This document shows, one piece after another, positions 62,336 through 64,000 of a stretch of 64,000 nucleotides of DNA (position 1 is the stretch's first letter; the number at the start of each line of letters is the position of its first letter). A model generated the notes under the pieces. The model saw only the letters and a list, made by a program, of their open reading frames with translations, had not been told where the DNA came from and searched no databases. A program made the translations under genes and the position numbers. Location of the stretch: the NCBI GenBank assembly GCA_004022145.1, contig RCNU01000002.1; one strand, written 5' to 3'. This DNA is from Paecilomyces variotii. Lineage: Eukaryota.

Positions 62336-64000
62336 ATGGCTGATCAGTCGCGATTGCACACACGGTCGAGTTCCGCGGCCCCTCCTCCGCCTCCTCCCCC
62401 GGCACCACCGCCGCAACAGGGCCAAAGGTATACCAACAGAGCCACGAGCGCGTTAGCTCGATTTGCTCAGCCATTTCTGTCTGGCTCGAGACCCCCGAGT
62501 CCGTATAACACAAGTCGGGACGAACCTTCGCCCATTACACGCCCTGCGCGGGCCAGATCATTGTAAGGCTTCCCCGCCATGAGAAGAGCCGGCAGCTCCT
62601 TGTTCATCAACGTCAATAGTGCAACACAGAGAAACTAATTGAAGACACAGGCCGGGTCTCTCGCAGACGATTATCCATAAGACGGGGCTTCCAGTCACTT
62701 CGCTGGATATATCTCCCCAGAAGACACATGCCGTAATCGCTGGCCGGGAGATCCTGAAGACGATTCGCGTTTCCCCTGATGGGTGCTCGGAGGAGTTCGA
62801 TCTCCGGAATGCAATTGTGAACTCGTCTGTTAATCAAAATTCTTCAGCGCTCTCCGCCAGGTACAAGGATCAGCTTTCCGTGAAGGACGTTAAGTGGTCT
62901 CATGGCGAGTATGACAAGATTATTGCAACAGCAGTGGCCAATGGGCGCATTGTCGTCTACGACTTGCAGCGTCCGACTTTGGAACTTGCCCGCTTTCAAG
63001 GCCACAGTCGACAGGTTCATAAACTAGCTTTCAATCCTCATCTGCCCGCGTGGCTGCTTTCCGGCAGTCAGGATGCTACTATCCGTATGTGGGATCTGCG
63101 CATGGCGTCCGGAGAGCGCGGGGTAGCTACATGCAGCAGTAAGGAACGGTACAATGGGAACAGCGATGCTGTTCGCGACATCCGCTGGTCTCCCACCGAT
63201 GGGGTCATGTTCGCGACAGCCACAGACAGCGGAGCCATTCAACTCTGGGACGCACGCAAAGTAAATGCCCCTATGATGAAACTTGCTGCTCATGACAAAC
63301 CGTGTTTCTCGGTCGATTGGCATCCGGACGGGAAGCATTTGGTCAGTGGTGGAACTGATAAGCAGGTGAAAGTCTGGGACTTCTCGTCATCTGCAGAACG
63401 CAGACAGAAACCGACCTTTCAGTTCAGGACACCGCAGGCTGTGGTGAACGTAAGATGGCGCCCGCCGTATTGGACATCGGAATCTCAGGGTCCAGGTGAC
63501 TGGCAGTCCACTCAGCTGGTAACATCCTATGACAAGGAAGATCCACGTGTTCACCTTTGGGACCTTCGACGTCCGCATATTCCGTTCCGCGAATTTGATA
63601 GATATGGCACTTCAGCGGCCGATCTTCTGTGGCGCTCAAAGGACTTGCTATGGACCGTGGGAGAGGCCGGTGTTTTCACCCAAACTGATATTAGATATGC
63701 ACCACAGGTAGTCAGTCAGCGTCCAATGTGCTCCGTAGGCTGGAGTCCGAATGGGGAGGTGCTCACATTCGCTCAAAAGCGTCCGCGACGGCGCCCACTA
63801 GGTGTCGACACGGCGGAGTTCCTGGATATTCGAGAAGAGCACAGCAGTAGCGGTGAGAAGCTTACGAGCCAAAGTCTGACAGATGACAGCCTTGATGAAG
63901 CTGTAGTCACAGCTCCTATACGTAAGAGACACGGTGGAGCTGCTGGTAAAAGAGGATCGAAGTCGGTAAGCCATACTCCACCAACAGCAGATGATACCCC
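62336..64000 (+). CDS. RTC1: WD40-repeat SEACAT/GATOR2 subunit (Rtc1/Sea2/WDR24-like), truncated by window end
   Basis: Exon 62336-62562, intron 62563-62650, then an open frame to the window end; WD repeats [56 protein letters not shown]. Confidence 0.8.

Overview
Eukaryotic DNA from a filamentous ascomycete, most likely Eurotiales (Aspergillus/Penicillium/Paecilomyces-like). This is inferred from short GT..CTRAY..YAG introns and gene content; the species cannot be determined. The first ~13 kb looks like an accessory, mutation-scarred zone: a TpA/CTAG-rich tract with a probable RIP-damaged pseudogene, a GH76 gene, a small secreted 8-Cys protein, a decayed Tad1-like LINE, the EJC subunit Y14 and an orphan gene. 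The rest is mostly conserved chromosome: an Agt-type GPI-anchored GH13, GHITM/Bax-inhibitor family, Cgi121, Slx4, a Zn2Cys6 factor, a dual cNMP-binding F-box/LRR protein, a Tim17-family-like protein, kinesin-8 KipB, MsrA, proline dehydrogenase, Utr2/Crh GH16, Pho8, NDUFAF3, an Hmt1 ABC transporter and a truncated Rtc1/Sea2 gene. The most notable signals are: (1) msrA has a mitochondrial-type leader and a TGA-CTAG readthrough context that would append a PTS1-like -PKL; (2) a candidate cyclic-nucleotide-regulated SCF substrate receptor; (3) a putative 3'UTR intron in Y14 suited to NMD feedback; (4) PrnA-type CCGG-N-CCGG sites upstream of a stand-alone proline dehydrogenase. All exon boundaries were read by eye and no searches were run.
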